A stretch of DNA of 54,085 bases, counting the filler, from Squatina squatina (Eukaryota): assembly GCA_031763465.1 (NCBI GenBank). It is 3 parts of 3 records of this genome, joined end to end, with 100 filler letters (N's around TTAATTAATTAA, not from the genome) between each part and the next. Parts side by side here need not be neighbours in the genome. Positions count along the whole stretch, not along the records: positions 1 to 13,860 come from JARFOE010000192.1; positions 13,961 to 40,178 come from JARFOE010000168.1; 1 more part is not named here. One strand, given 5' to 3'. The stretch's first letter is position 1, and each line of letters starts with the position of its first letter. Below, one piece after another: positions 12,901 to 23,216 of the stretch. The notes under the pieces were generated by a model that saw only the letters and a program-made list of their open reading frames with translations, was not told where the DNA came from and searched no databases. Position numbers and translations under genes: made by a program.

Positions 12901-13860
12901 ATTCTTACCCACTGTAGGAATGATCTGAAGTAAACGTTACACCTACATTCAAGCAACATGGCCAAAAAACAATCTTTTTGACACACGTGCAAGTTTAACA
13001 CCACAATTACACAGCTTCTCCCCCCAAGTAATAAGCAGCAACATTATCAAATAAAAGCTATGTGCCAGCAACACCCACCCACCCCCAACACCCCGGACAC
13101 GAACACCAATATATACAAATGCACTGTTACTTTAAATGATGTGATTCTAAACAGACTGCAATCATTTGCTTTGTGAGTATTTAACAAGCTAAAGAAAATG
13201 ACAACACATGCGAATTGTGTACCTTTGTTTTCTCTCCTGATCGAGGAGGTCAACCAAAAGTGCTCAAGCCTGACCAAACAAAACAAGTTAACCCAAACTG
13301 GCCCAACTTGCATTGATTTTGGTTTGGAATTTGCTCAGTGCTCATGCCAAAAGAGCAAACAAAATCATTCTTTAACTAATGCTATCTTTAATTAAATCAA
13401 ACAAATCCTTCAGAGTGATGAGTAAAAGTCCTTCTCTGGTTGAACAAAAATAGAAGTCATGAAACCTGAACTTGGTCAACAATAAAATTTTACATCTATT
13501 CGAACTATTTAATTATGAGAGACTTCAGGCAGTAAGCACTGAGTGAAGATCAGTTCTAGTGATTTACTGATATCAGCTAGAACACAGTGCTTTGTGCTAC
13601 AACACTATAATCACCTATTCACAGGGTAGTGAGGGAAATTTGTCATCAAGCCACAGTTACATTTCCCAGCAGCAGGCTAAAAAGCTGAAATGGCAAAAGC
13701 TTGGAATGTACCCAACTAGTTACAGGATGTGCAGATCTGGTGATGCCTGCATGAAAAAGAGGAAGACCAGGGGCAGGGCAGAGGTAACTGTAACCCAACA
13801 GAAAGCTGATGGGATCCAATTGTCCACCTCTTTTACATCCTGCCTGATTTTACTTTAATT

Positions 13861-13960
13861 NNNNNNNNNNNNNNNNNNNNNNNNNNNNNNNNNNNNNNNN
13901 NNNNTTAATTAATTAANNNNNNNNNNNNNNNNNNNNNNNNNNNNNNNNNNNNNNNNNNNN
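13861..13960. other. artificial scaffold linker N44-TTAATTAATTAA-N44
   Basis: Exactly 100 nt. The central 12-mer (13905-13916) gives stops in all six frames, and an identical construct sits at 40179-40278. Confidence 0.95.
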
Positions 13961-14499
13961 CCACCAAGCTCACCTGTCAGCGCACTTATTAACAGTCCAG
14001 CCAGTACTGCTGACTCACATATTATCCCAAAACAGTAATTTCATTATAACCAGTGAAACAAACATAAATTTGTTCAACACATGTGAGGCGAGCGTCTCTA
14101 GAAGTGGCATTAAATTACCTCAGATTACACTCGTTATTAGGCGAGATCAGAAGAGAAATGCAGTGCAGCCAAACCATAATTGTTCACTGCACTCTGCCAA
14201 GAGTATTTCTAGATGAAGCTTTGTCAGTCACCTGCCTCTCCCGTTACTTCCTGCCTGCTCTGTTGTGGCTGGAGACACACTGATTAAAGTAACTTGATCA
14301 ACAACGGATATACCTGCCCCATCAAAGGAGCATTTAGAAGATTGCGCCATTGCTGTTGATCTGGTTTAGTACAACTGGTCATTGGTGACCAATGTGCAGA
14401 CACTGCAAGCCTCTTCCAAAACAGTCTTTGTAGTTGGGCTCCATCACCTAGATATCATTAAGCAGGCACACCTTCAAAAGGGTTGTTCAAGCAAAGTGG

Positions 14500-14637
14500 A
14501 GTCGTGGCTCATAGGTGAGCGCTGAAATCAGGGAGTTTACAGAGACAGGGAGGGGCGAGGCTATAGCAGGGATTTGAACACAGGGATGGCAACCAATGTA
14601 GATCAGTGAGCACAGTGGGTGATGGGTGAGCGGGTCT
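14500..14637 (-). mobile_element. L2 LINE ORF2 C-terminal fragment
   Basis: Minus-strand ...VLTDLHWLP...LAPPCLCKL, resembling the L2 ITPVLxxLHWLP...LAPPYL region. Confidence 0.65.
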
Positions 14638-15489
14638 NNNNNNNNNNNNNNNNNNNNNNNNNNNNNNNNNNNNNNNNNNNNNNNNNNNNNNNNNNNNNNN
14701 NNNNNNNNNNNNNNNNNNNNNNNNNNNNNNNNNNNNNTATCCCTCCCCCACCCCAGACTATTGTGGGACCCTCGTGTCTGTTGCAGCTTTTATGAATGGC
14801 CTGAATGAGAGTGGATGTGAACTCCAGGCACGTCACAATAGTCTGATCATACCTTGGGCTATGCCGATTCAATCTGATTGGTTTGCAATGATATCATGAT
14901 AAACGTACAGATATAAAAAGAATAAGCACAATTATACACGGCCGCTGATTTCAAAAGATGACCCAAGTGTGAACACTGCCTTTTGCCCTCAGGTCCAAAT
15001 GCAATTCATTGCTATGGAATAAAGTATCCATCACCACTTAACGCATTAGGGTTTAAGAGAGGAGGGCTGAGTGACGTGCTCAAGGAAAAGGCTATCCTTG
15101 TTTTTCTTAAGGGCAGAAGTAGAAATTCCTTTCAGATTGGTTCATTAGCCTTCAGTCTACATTTTAACAAAGATTTCATTGCATTCCAGCCACACAAAAC
15201 GTTCCAATGATAAAGCTCTTTCGGAGGAAGTCATTTCAAGGTTAGGAATTTCTAAACTACCACTGCCCAGCACCGCACTGTTGTCTGGTATTACTGACTG
15301 CATTGTGGAAATCAAATGGTAAGAGCGCAGTCAGAATGTCAGAGCAGCCAGCGAACTCAGTGGAAAGGTTTCAGCACAGTCCACCAGGCACTGAGGCAAA
15401 GAGTTACAGAACAATCTCACTCGGGCCTTGTGCTTTGCTCCTGTTATGCGATGACCACAGTTTTGAAAATTCTTGCTGCTTCCTTTCGT

Positions 15490-15582
15490 GATTCAAAGTC
15501 CAGCCCCAGCACCCCCGAGATCTCGGCGCTCCTCCAATTCTGGCCTCTTCAACATCCCCGATTATAATCGCCCCACCATCGG
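15490..15582 (+). mobile_element. L2 LINE 3' region fragment
   Basis: CTCCTCCAATTCTGGCCTCTTCAACATCCCCGATTATAATCGCCCCACC matches the reverse complement of the L2 at 27070-27120. Confidence 0.75.
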
Positions 15583-16907
15583 NNNNNNNNNNNNNNNNNN
15601 NNNNNNNNNNNNNNNNNNNNNNNNNNNNNNNNNNNNNNNNNNNNNNNNNNNNNNNNNNNNNNNNNNNNNNNNNNNNNNNNNNCCTAACTTAATTCGAGCA
15701 CTACTGCTATGTTTCACAACCCCAAATACAACCCGTAGTATTACAGCTCTAATTAAAACGGAGCAGAGCTCCAACATGAAAGATGTGCAATTGTTTTATT
15801 TAGTATTGCGACCGACATTTCTGGCTGTTTGAACAGCAGCCCTGAGAGCCATGTCTCTGCATTCAAATCAATCCTGCCGCTTTAACTGAAGTAGCAATAG
15901 GTATTGGATTGCATTGGGCTCAAGCATGTGTTTGATCCTTGTGTGTGAAAGTGTTGCTGTTGCTTAAACTGTAAAGTGATCTCCCCTTTTCACTGTGTGT
16001 GTTCCTGGAGGCTGGAGCACACATTTACCGTGTTTCATGTCTGAGGGGCTTTTCTTTGCAAAGGCTTCTGTTAAGTCTTCAGATGCCTCTTCAGAAATGT
16101 CATTGTTTTCCACACATTCCCGCTGTGCGGAACTTTTACACAACTTCAATTTCTACCTGAAATAGCTATTTTTTTCTCTCTTCATTTTAAGATTTCTGCA
16201 AAGCTCCTTTTTTAAGAAATGAAAGGAGTTAACCTTTCCGTTTCGGACTGTGTGAGTAGTGTTTGTAGAAATCTCTTATTTACTTAACAGGGGACATTCT
16301 TTGGGCTGAATCTGGAGGAATGTGTCGGGAATTAATGGAGCAAATCTTTCAATTTCTCCGCGGTGTTCTGCAACATGTGAACCGCCGTGTTCTTTAGATC
16401 TGTATATAAGTGATTATTAGACAAAGCAAGGACTTACCGGAATACCACCGCATTTGGGCTAAAAGGTTGCCTGCATTTAAGCCTTGCATCAGGAAAATGG
16501 NNNNNNNNNNNNNNNNNNNNNNNNNNNNNNNNNNNNNNNNNNNNNNNNNNNNNNNNNNNNNNNNNNNNNNNNNNNNNNNNNNNNNNNNNNNNNNNNNNNN
16601 CATAGCATTTCCATAAAGATTAGCCATTGAGTAATTGATTAAAATATTTGATGGAATATTTATTGGGTTATTCCAAACCAAATTAGCCCAATTATGTGGA
16701 ACATGAAAATTAACCTTGAACTTTATTGAAGTAATGAGGGTCTGTCTGTTTTTGGAAAATTCAACTCATAGCAATAATGTTGCAGTATTTATTAAGGCCA
16801 CACTGTCTGATTTAAAAATATCTATATTACCTTAATAGTCTTACAGGTGAAGCACACTTCCTGCAACCATCACATGTATTTCTTGTCACACATCAACCAT
16901 CATTATT

Positions 16908-17020
16908 TGGGACCTAGGTTCAAATCCAGCCCAAACTGATGAGATAAAAGACTCTTCTGTTCTTTGGCTTCAAGGGTCTTATGTGAAATGAGTTGGGGCA
17001 GTCTCAGCTCAGTTACTGCT
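16908..17020 (+). mobile_element. LF-SINE-like tRNA-derived SINE fragment
   Basis: B-box GGTTCAAATCCAGCCCA followed by TATGTGAAATGAGTTGG...GTCTCAGCTCAGTT, blocks I recall from the LF-SINE consensus. Confidence 0.6.
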
Positions 17021-17399
17021 AAAGGTCTCCTTGTTCCAATGTTTGGGTGAAGCTCAATATAAGCAGCCAGTTCTCCCTCTGGAATCAGGCAAGGGCTAAA
17101 TTAAAATATTCAAATGGTATCAACTGATGTTTTCAGGAGCCCCAATGTCACTCTTGTGTCGGTCAGTACTGCCACCGCTACTTCATCAACCCACTCCCAA
17201 ATGATGGGCAGTACAGTTCGGGAGGCGGCCATTTTTGCGTTTTTTAAAGGGTTACCCATCTGCTCTTATTTAAAATGCTGCAACAGTTTGGGTGACATGT
17301 CACTGGTAGTTTATAGTGGTTTTTGGCTACTTGTATGATCTTAAAGCGCTTGTTCAACCATCAGAAATCATAAGGGGTTTCTGACAATTCACTTTTTTT

Positions 17400-18460
17400 C
17401 CATATGGGGATCCTTCTGGAGAGGTGAAAGAGGAGCAGCAACAAAGGAGGAAGGAGAAACTAGAGCTGCAACTTCAGAGAGACCATCGAAGAAAGCAAAC
17501 TCACAGGAATCCTTGCACTCTCAACAGAATTTATAGGTCCGGAACAACATATCTGCAGTTATCTTAGGAACAGACCATCAGGAGTCCAGAGAAGCTGTCA
17601 CAGAAATGTTTTGCCTCCTGCAACAAGACCTACAACCCACTGCCACAGCCAGTTCTGCACTGCCAGTTGCCGTCAAGGTCATTGCAGCCCTGAACTTCTT
17701 TGCCACTGTTCTTTCCAGAATACAACAGAGGATGTCAGCAACAGTCAGCCTGCAGTTCATGTTTGCATTAAGCAGGTGTCGTGTAAAGCAAACACTTTCA
17801 TCATTCCCCCCATGGAGAATTAGAAACAGCAGGAAAGGGTTTTGGGATTGCCAGCTTCTCCAGGGTCCAGGGCTCATTGACTGCACCCATGCTGCCCTGG
17901 GGACTCCACCAGATGAGCCCATTGCTTTCGTGAATCGCAAGGGTTTCCATTCGATTAATGTGCAACTGGTGTGTGATCACCAGCAGTGCATTATCAGGTC
18001 TATGCCTGTTTTCCCAGCAGATGCCATGACACTTCAATATTCTGACAATCCTCCATCCCCCAGCTCTTTGCCCCTGCATAGTGTGTGAGAAGCTGGTTAC
18101 TTGGGAACAAGGGCAATCCCGAGCACACTTGGCTCATGGCACCTCTCTGGAACCCACACTTGGCAGTTGAACTGTGCTACAACTAGAGGCCTCATTAAGG
18201 AAACCATTAGCGTTCTCAAGCAATAATTTTGATATTTAGATAAATCTGCAGGCCTTCTGAAATACAATGCACCAAGAGTGTCCCAAATGATAGCAGTTTG
18301 TTGTATGTTGCATAACTTTGCTTTGCAACGCAGACAACACATTGACTGGATAATGGTGTTCAGCATGATGAGGGAGAGGCCGCTGATGACAGAGGATGGC
18401 AAGGAAGCAGGAGGGATCCAACCATTGCATGCTGCCAGAGCTGTTTGACAGCAGCTCATT
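17400..18460 (+). pseudogene. degenerate PIF/Harbinger (HARBI1-like DDE) transposase
   Basis: Across frameshifts: ALPVAVKVIAALNFFAT, SQPAVHVCIKQV, GLIDCTH (IDCTH at 17876-17890), FVNRKGFHSINVQLVCDH, HDTSIF, WLLGNKGNP (18094ff), IKETISVLKQ*F*YLDKSAGLLKY, IAVCCMLHNFAL. It contains stops and frameshifts. Confidence 0.9.
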
Positions 18461-18676
18461 AAAAAGAGCAATCTGTGCTCCCTTGCATTTACAGTCATCT
18501 CCAACATATGTCCCAGTCCTACCATTCCACCATCAGCATCTGCCCAAAAAACAAAATTGCTATTCATGTGACCCAGCATTGCAAGATCAACGGCTACTTT
18601 AGGAACACCCTCCGCATACAAAGCTTGCAAATTACATTGTGGTTTTAATTGTTCACATACTGTTTGTCACCCCTAT

Positions 18677-18889
18677 GTCTTTTGGACGAGATGCTAAACC
18701 GAGGCCTTGTCTGGCCTCTCGGGTGGGTGTAAAAGATCCCTTGGCACTATTCGAAGAAGAGCACGTGTGTTATTCAGTGTCCTGGCCAATATTTAGCCCT
18801 CAACCAACCTCACTAAAACAGATTATCTGGTCATTATCACATTGCTGTTTGTGAGATCTTGCTGTGCACAAATTGGCTGCCGTGATTCC
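18677..18889 (+). mobile_element. Deu-domain SINE (SacSINE1/AmnSINE1-like), partial
   Basis: GTAAAAGATCCCTTGGCACTATTCGAAGAAGAGCA...GTGTCCTGGCCAATATTT...CAGATTATCTGGTCATTATCACATTGCTGTTTGTG...AAATTGGCTGCC, related to the copies at 20785, 37745 and 46815. Confidence 0.85.
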
Positions 18890-19698
18890 GACATCCTCTG
18901 TTGGATTTCCTTTTACATTGAACATGAGATAAAGCCATTCAACCCACTGGAGTTCATGCCTCTGGTAGCCGAACACTCGCACTGTGGCACCCGGCTCCTT
19001 CTGTGTGCCCAGAATGGAAATGCTGGGTGGGGCAGGTCCAGGCTGCTGCCCTACACTCTGTCAGAGCACGTCTGATCTAATGCCCTTCTTTTACATCGAG
19101 ACTGAGACACGCCTCCCGCCCTCTGTATTGTCTGGGTATAACAGTGACACTGAACACCCTCCAGGCAGCAAATGCATTTCCTGATTGTAGATTAATGCTG
19201 AAAAGTGGATAACGTTAATGAACCGTTGTGCGTTTCAATGTCTTTGCATTGTCACAGATGTTCAGTGCAATATTTACTTTACTTTTTAAAAAAGCTTCTG
19301 CACCTGGAAAAAAAATTACACAGAATTAATTCTTCAAATAGAAGCTTTATGACGGGACTTTGAGCCCTGATTAAGATGCCCTAGTATTAAGTACAAGACT
19401 GAGAAAATGAATTTATTTATAGTTGGACATGACATACAGGTGCCTTCTTTTTGAAGAAAAATTGCAAGTAATTTAAAATGGCTGCGTTTTAATAAGATGT
19501 ATTCTGACCATTGAAATGCACACATTGATCATGAAATACAACATGAGACATTTGTAATTGTTCATGGCAATATCAACGAATGCAACTTGTAAAATCTTCA
19601 CATTTATTCATTTGCCCCACAGTGTGTCCGCTCTAGTCCTCCACAATATTTCAGGCGATAGATTCCAGTGATAAACATGAAGCAATGCCATTTTCCAT

Positions 19699-19760
19699 GA
19701 GGCTCGTGTGGAGCACACAGACCAGTTGGGCCGAATAGGCCTATACCTGTACTGTACCTG
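19699..19760 (+). mobile_element. CR1-clade 3' terminus
   Basis: GAGGCTCGTGTGGAGCAC...AGACCAGTTGGGCCGAATAGGCCT...CTGTACTGTA. Confidence 0.65.
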
Positions 19761-20135
19761 TACTGTACCTGTACTTGTACTGTACCTGTACTGTACCTGT
19801 ACCTGCACCTGTACCTGTACTTGTACTGTACCTGTACTGTACCTGTACCTGTACCTGTACTTGTACCTGCACTGTACCTGTACTGTACCTGTACCTGCAC
19901 TGTACCTGTACCTGTACCTGTACTTGTACTGTACCTGCACTGTACCTGTACCTGCACTGTACCTGTACTTGTACCTGTACTGTACCTGTACCTGTATTTG
20001 TACCTGTACCATACCTGCACTGTACCTGTACCTGCACTGTACCTCTACTGTACCTGTACTGTACCTGTACCTGCACTGTACCTGTACTTGTACCTGTACC
20101 GTACCTGTACTGTACCTGTACCTGCACTGTACCTC
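19745..20135. repeat. compound 5-6 bp simple repeat (GTACCT/GTACT/GCACT/GTACTT)n
   Basis: A directly visible array running into the gap at 20136. It accounts for the QVQVQ/YRYSTG/CTCTVP ORFs. Confidence 0.97.
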
Positions 20136-20235
20136 NNNNNNNNNNNNNNNNNNNNNNNNNNNNNNNNNNNNNNNNNNNNNNNNNNNNNNNNNNNNNNNNN
20201 NNNNNNNNNNNNNNNNNNNNNNNNNNNNNNNNNNN

Positions 20236-20780
20236 ACAAGGGGAGGTCTGGTCTGGAGCTCACCAAAGCATGCATGAGGTTTTCAACAGCAGTGTGGCAA
20301 GGGAGGGATGGAGATGGGCGATAGTTGTGAGCTGGAAGCAGGAAGTCTTGATTGCCGATATGTGGGGTGTGAAGCTGTGCTCAGGAGCTCACCGTTTGTG
20401 TTGTGCAATGTTGTTTCAAAACAGTTGACTGTATCTGAGGTGATTTGTGTGGACCCTCCATTACCTGCAAAATGCAGGTGTACACACTCTCCATGGTGCT
20501 GAAAGAAGTTCTGGAGGTAGGGAGGGATGAGGACCTTGTAGGTAACAAGGAATTTGAAATTGTTGCACTGGGAGATAGGGATCTAATGCAGATTATCAAG
20601 CACCAGGATGATAGGAGTGTGAGACTTGATGTGAAATAGGATACGGATGATGGAGTTTTTAATGAGTTGCAATTTCTGAAGAGCTGAGTTCAGGAGGCTG
20701 TTGAAAAGAAAATTGGATTAATCATGTTTGGAGCTGACCAAGGCATGGATAAGTGTTTTAGTAACAGTGTGTGCTATATG
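20236..20780 (-). mobile_element. degenerate L2 LINE ORF2 fragments (two pieces)
   Basis: Minus-strand LMHALVSSRPD (about 20245-20280) and LIHALVSSKHD*SNFLFNSLLNSALQKLQLIKN (about 20660-20755), typical of L2 LIHAFVTSRLDYCNSLL...KLQLVQN. Confidence 0.7.
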
Positions 20781-20784
20781 ATCC

Positions 20785-21050
20785 TATGATTTTACAACCT
20801 CAGGGTGTCTCCAAGCACTTTCCAGCCAAAGAAGTACTTTTGCAGTGTAGTCACTGTTGTAATGTAGGAAATGAAGCAGCCAGTTTGCGCACTGCAAGTT
20901 TCCATAAACAGTAATGAAATAAATGATCAGATAATCTGTTTTATGTGTTGGTTGAGAGACAAATGTTGGTCAAGACACCAGGAGAATTCCCCTGCTCTTC
21001 TTTGAATAGTGTGGTGGGATCTTTTACGAGCACCTGAGAGGGCAGACAGC
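20785..21050 (-). mobile_element. Deu-domain SINE, 3' two-thirds
   Basis: Reverse-complement match to 18690-18885 and 46920-47160. Confidence 0.85.
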
Positions 21051-21729
21051 TAGTCTAGGATATTTTATATTGCATTGTGGATACTAGTTAGAACGGGCAC
21101 CTCATTATAAAACTTTAAATATTGGGTTTGCAAAGGGAGCCTTGTGGAATGCGAAATTTTGTTTCTTGTAGCTACAGAAATTAAATTGTAGATATGCCCA
21201 AATTAATGGGTGAAATTACTTTCCGGATTAATGCCTAGTAAATTACAAGTATTAAAAGTACTAATTGGGCAGGAGAAAACAAGTACAAGTCAGCTCTTTG
21301 TTGCCACATTACTGAGACCTAATAATGCTGTTCTGTGTGTTACATGTCATCACCCTAGGTAATCTCTTCTAATGAGGAAGAAGCCTGTAGATCACGCCTA
21401 AACAAGTGCTCGATGTTGGGGCTGACAGGATGTCAGGTGAACTGGGAGCTTTGATTGGCCATCTTCAGTCTGCCGCTGCTCTCCAATTCAATTCCTCACT
21501 GTAGCTCCTGAATCACCTCATTTCTCACAACAACAGGCAAACATCCAACACTACTCCATAGATTGGAGTAAGCTTGTTACCCCTGGATGGAGCCATGTTA
21601 GCGAGAAAGGGAATGGAGTGATCGAGTGTGCATCAGGGATTGGAACAAATCTCACTGTTTTGTTTAGTCTGTTTTCAAGACTTCCAATGGGCTTGATGCC
21701 ATCGGACCTCCACTTCACACACTGTGTTT

Positions 21730-21790
21730 GATAGCTCAGTTGGTTGAGTGCTGATTTGGATCACAATGCCCTCGGTTTGCATCTCTACAT
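21730..21790 (+). pseudogene. degenerate tRNA-like sequence / tRNA-SINE head
   Basis: A-box TAGCTCAGTTGG (21732-21743) and a degenerate B-box GGTTTGCATC (21774-21783). I cannot build an intact cloverleaf. Confidence 0.4.
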
Positions 21791-21945
21791 CAACAGTTTG
21801 GCCTTGCTAAATAATAAAACGAGTACCATATCATGTGGCTCTGCAAAAAGTGGGTGCTGTAACATTGAGTTGGCACAGGGCAAGAGACAGTGGGGATGGG
21901 CAGTTAAAGAGTTACAAGGATATCCTGCAGCATAACCCAAAGCTA

Positions 21946-22380
21946 TCTTCTTCGACAGTCCCTCGAGGTAGAGGATGACTTGCTTCCACTCCGGAGTTTT
22001 GGGTTCTGAGGTGGCTGAAAAGTCCGATACGGGATCCGCAGACATGACCACAGGTAGGGCAGGTGGTATTTGATGAGGCAAGTGGATGGGATGCTCGTGT
22101 TTCCACGTGCTCCTTCCATAGCCTGCACTTGGCCTCCACGGGCTCCCGCCGGAAAATCTCAATGGTTGGCGCCTTCACGGATGCTTCTCCTCCATTGCGG
22201 GCAATCTTGGGCCAAGGATTCCCATGAGTCAGTGGGGATGTTGCAATTTTTCAAAGAGGCTTTGAGGACGTCCCTGTAGCATTTCCTCTGCCCTCCTCGG
22301 AGGCGTTTGCCATGACGGAGTTCGGAATATAAAGCCTGTTTTGGGAGTCTTGAATCGGGCATGCAGACGATGTGACCTGC
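21946..22380 (-). mobile_element. RTE-clade LINE, 5'-truncated 3' end
   Basis: AGHIVCMPDSRLPKQALYSELRHGKRLRGGQRKCYRDVLKASLK...WESLAQD...WRRSIREG, then CPTCGHVCGSRIGLFSHLRT and a short (GAA)n tail. A second copy lies at 30651-30906. Confidence 0.9.
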
Positions 22381-23039
22381 CTACCGCAGTTAGTTGAGCA
22401 TGCTAGCGAGTACAGAAACAGGAAGATAGACCAGATGAACACGTGGCTGGAGAGATGGTGCAGGTGGGAAGGCTTTAGATTCCTGAGGCATTGAGACCAG
22501 TTCCGGGGCAGGTGGGACCTGTACAAGCCGGACGGCTTACACCTCAGCAGGACCTGGACCAATATCCTGGCAGGGAAATTTGCTCGTGCTGTTGGGGAGG
22601 GTTTAAACTAGCTTGGCAGGGGGATGGGAAACTGAGATGGGATTCAGAAGGGAGAGAAGCAAAGCTGGTAATGGTGGGTAGAAAAGTAGTTTGCGAAATT
22701 GGAAGGCAGCGGTAAAAAAGGCCAACAGCAAATAGGGTCAAAGTATAGAAAAGGCAAAATTAAAGGCACTCTATCTGAATGCATGCAGCAGTCGCAACAA
22801 GTTAGATGACAGCAGAAATAGAAGTAAATGGGTATGGTCTAATTGCCATTATTGAGACGTGGCTGCAGGGTGACCAAGGCTGGGAACTGAATATTCAGGG
22901 GTATTCGAAATTTAGGAAGGACAGACAAAAAGGAAAAGGAGGTGGGGTAGCGTTGCTGGTTGAAGAGGAAATTAACGCAATAGTGAGGAAGGATATTAGC
23001 TCAGATGATGTGGAATCTGTATGGGTAGAGCTAAGAAAC
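22381..23039 (+). mobile_element. CR1 LINE: end of ORF1 (SGNH esterase-like) and start of ORF2 (APE endonuclease)
   Basis: RNRKIDQMNTWLERWCRWEGFRFL...DLYKPDGLHL...GEGLN* (stop 22609-22611), then KALYLNA... and LIAIIETWLQGDQGWELNIQGYSKFRKDRQKGKGGGVALLV. Confidence 0.92.
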
Positions 23040-23139
23040 NNNNNNNNNNNNNNNNNNNNNNNNNNNNNNNNNNNNNNNNNNNNNNNNNNNNNNNNNNNNN
23101 NNNNNNNNNNNNNNNNNNNNNNNNNNNNNNNNNNNNNNN

Positions 23140-23216
23140 TGATCGTGTTGAATGGCGGTGCAGGCTCGAAGGACCGAATGGCCTACTCCTGCACCTATTT
23201 TCTATGTTTCTATGTT
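23140..23216 (+). mobile_element. CR1 (HER1/HE1-type) 3' tail
   Basis: TTGAATGGCGGTGCAGGCTCGAAGGACCGAATGGCCTACTCCTGCACCTATTTTCTATGTTTCTATG. Confidence 0.85.

Noticed and set aside
13905-13916. TTAATTAATTAA as a biological palindrome or homeodomain site
   Set aside because: It is centred in N44/N44 padding twice, so it is a synthetic linker.
18097-18630. 177-aa minus-strand ORF as the Harbinger Myb/SANT partner
   Set aside because: It is mostly antisense to the transposase remnant and lacks the Trp-spaced Myb/SANT pattern.
19604-20428. Long overlapping low-complexity ORFs (QVQVQ, CTCTVP)
   Set aside because: Translations of a stop-free simple repeat.
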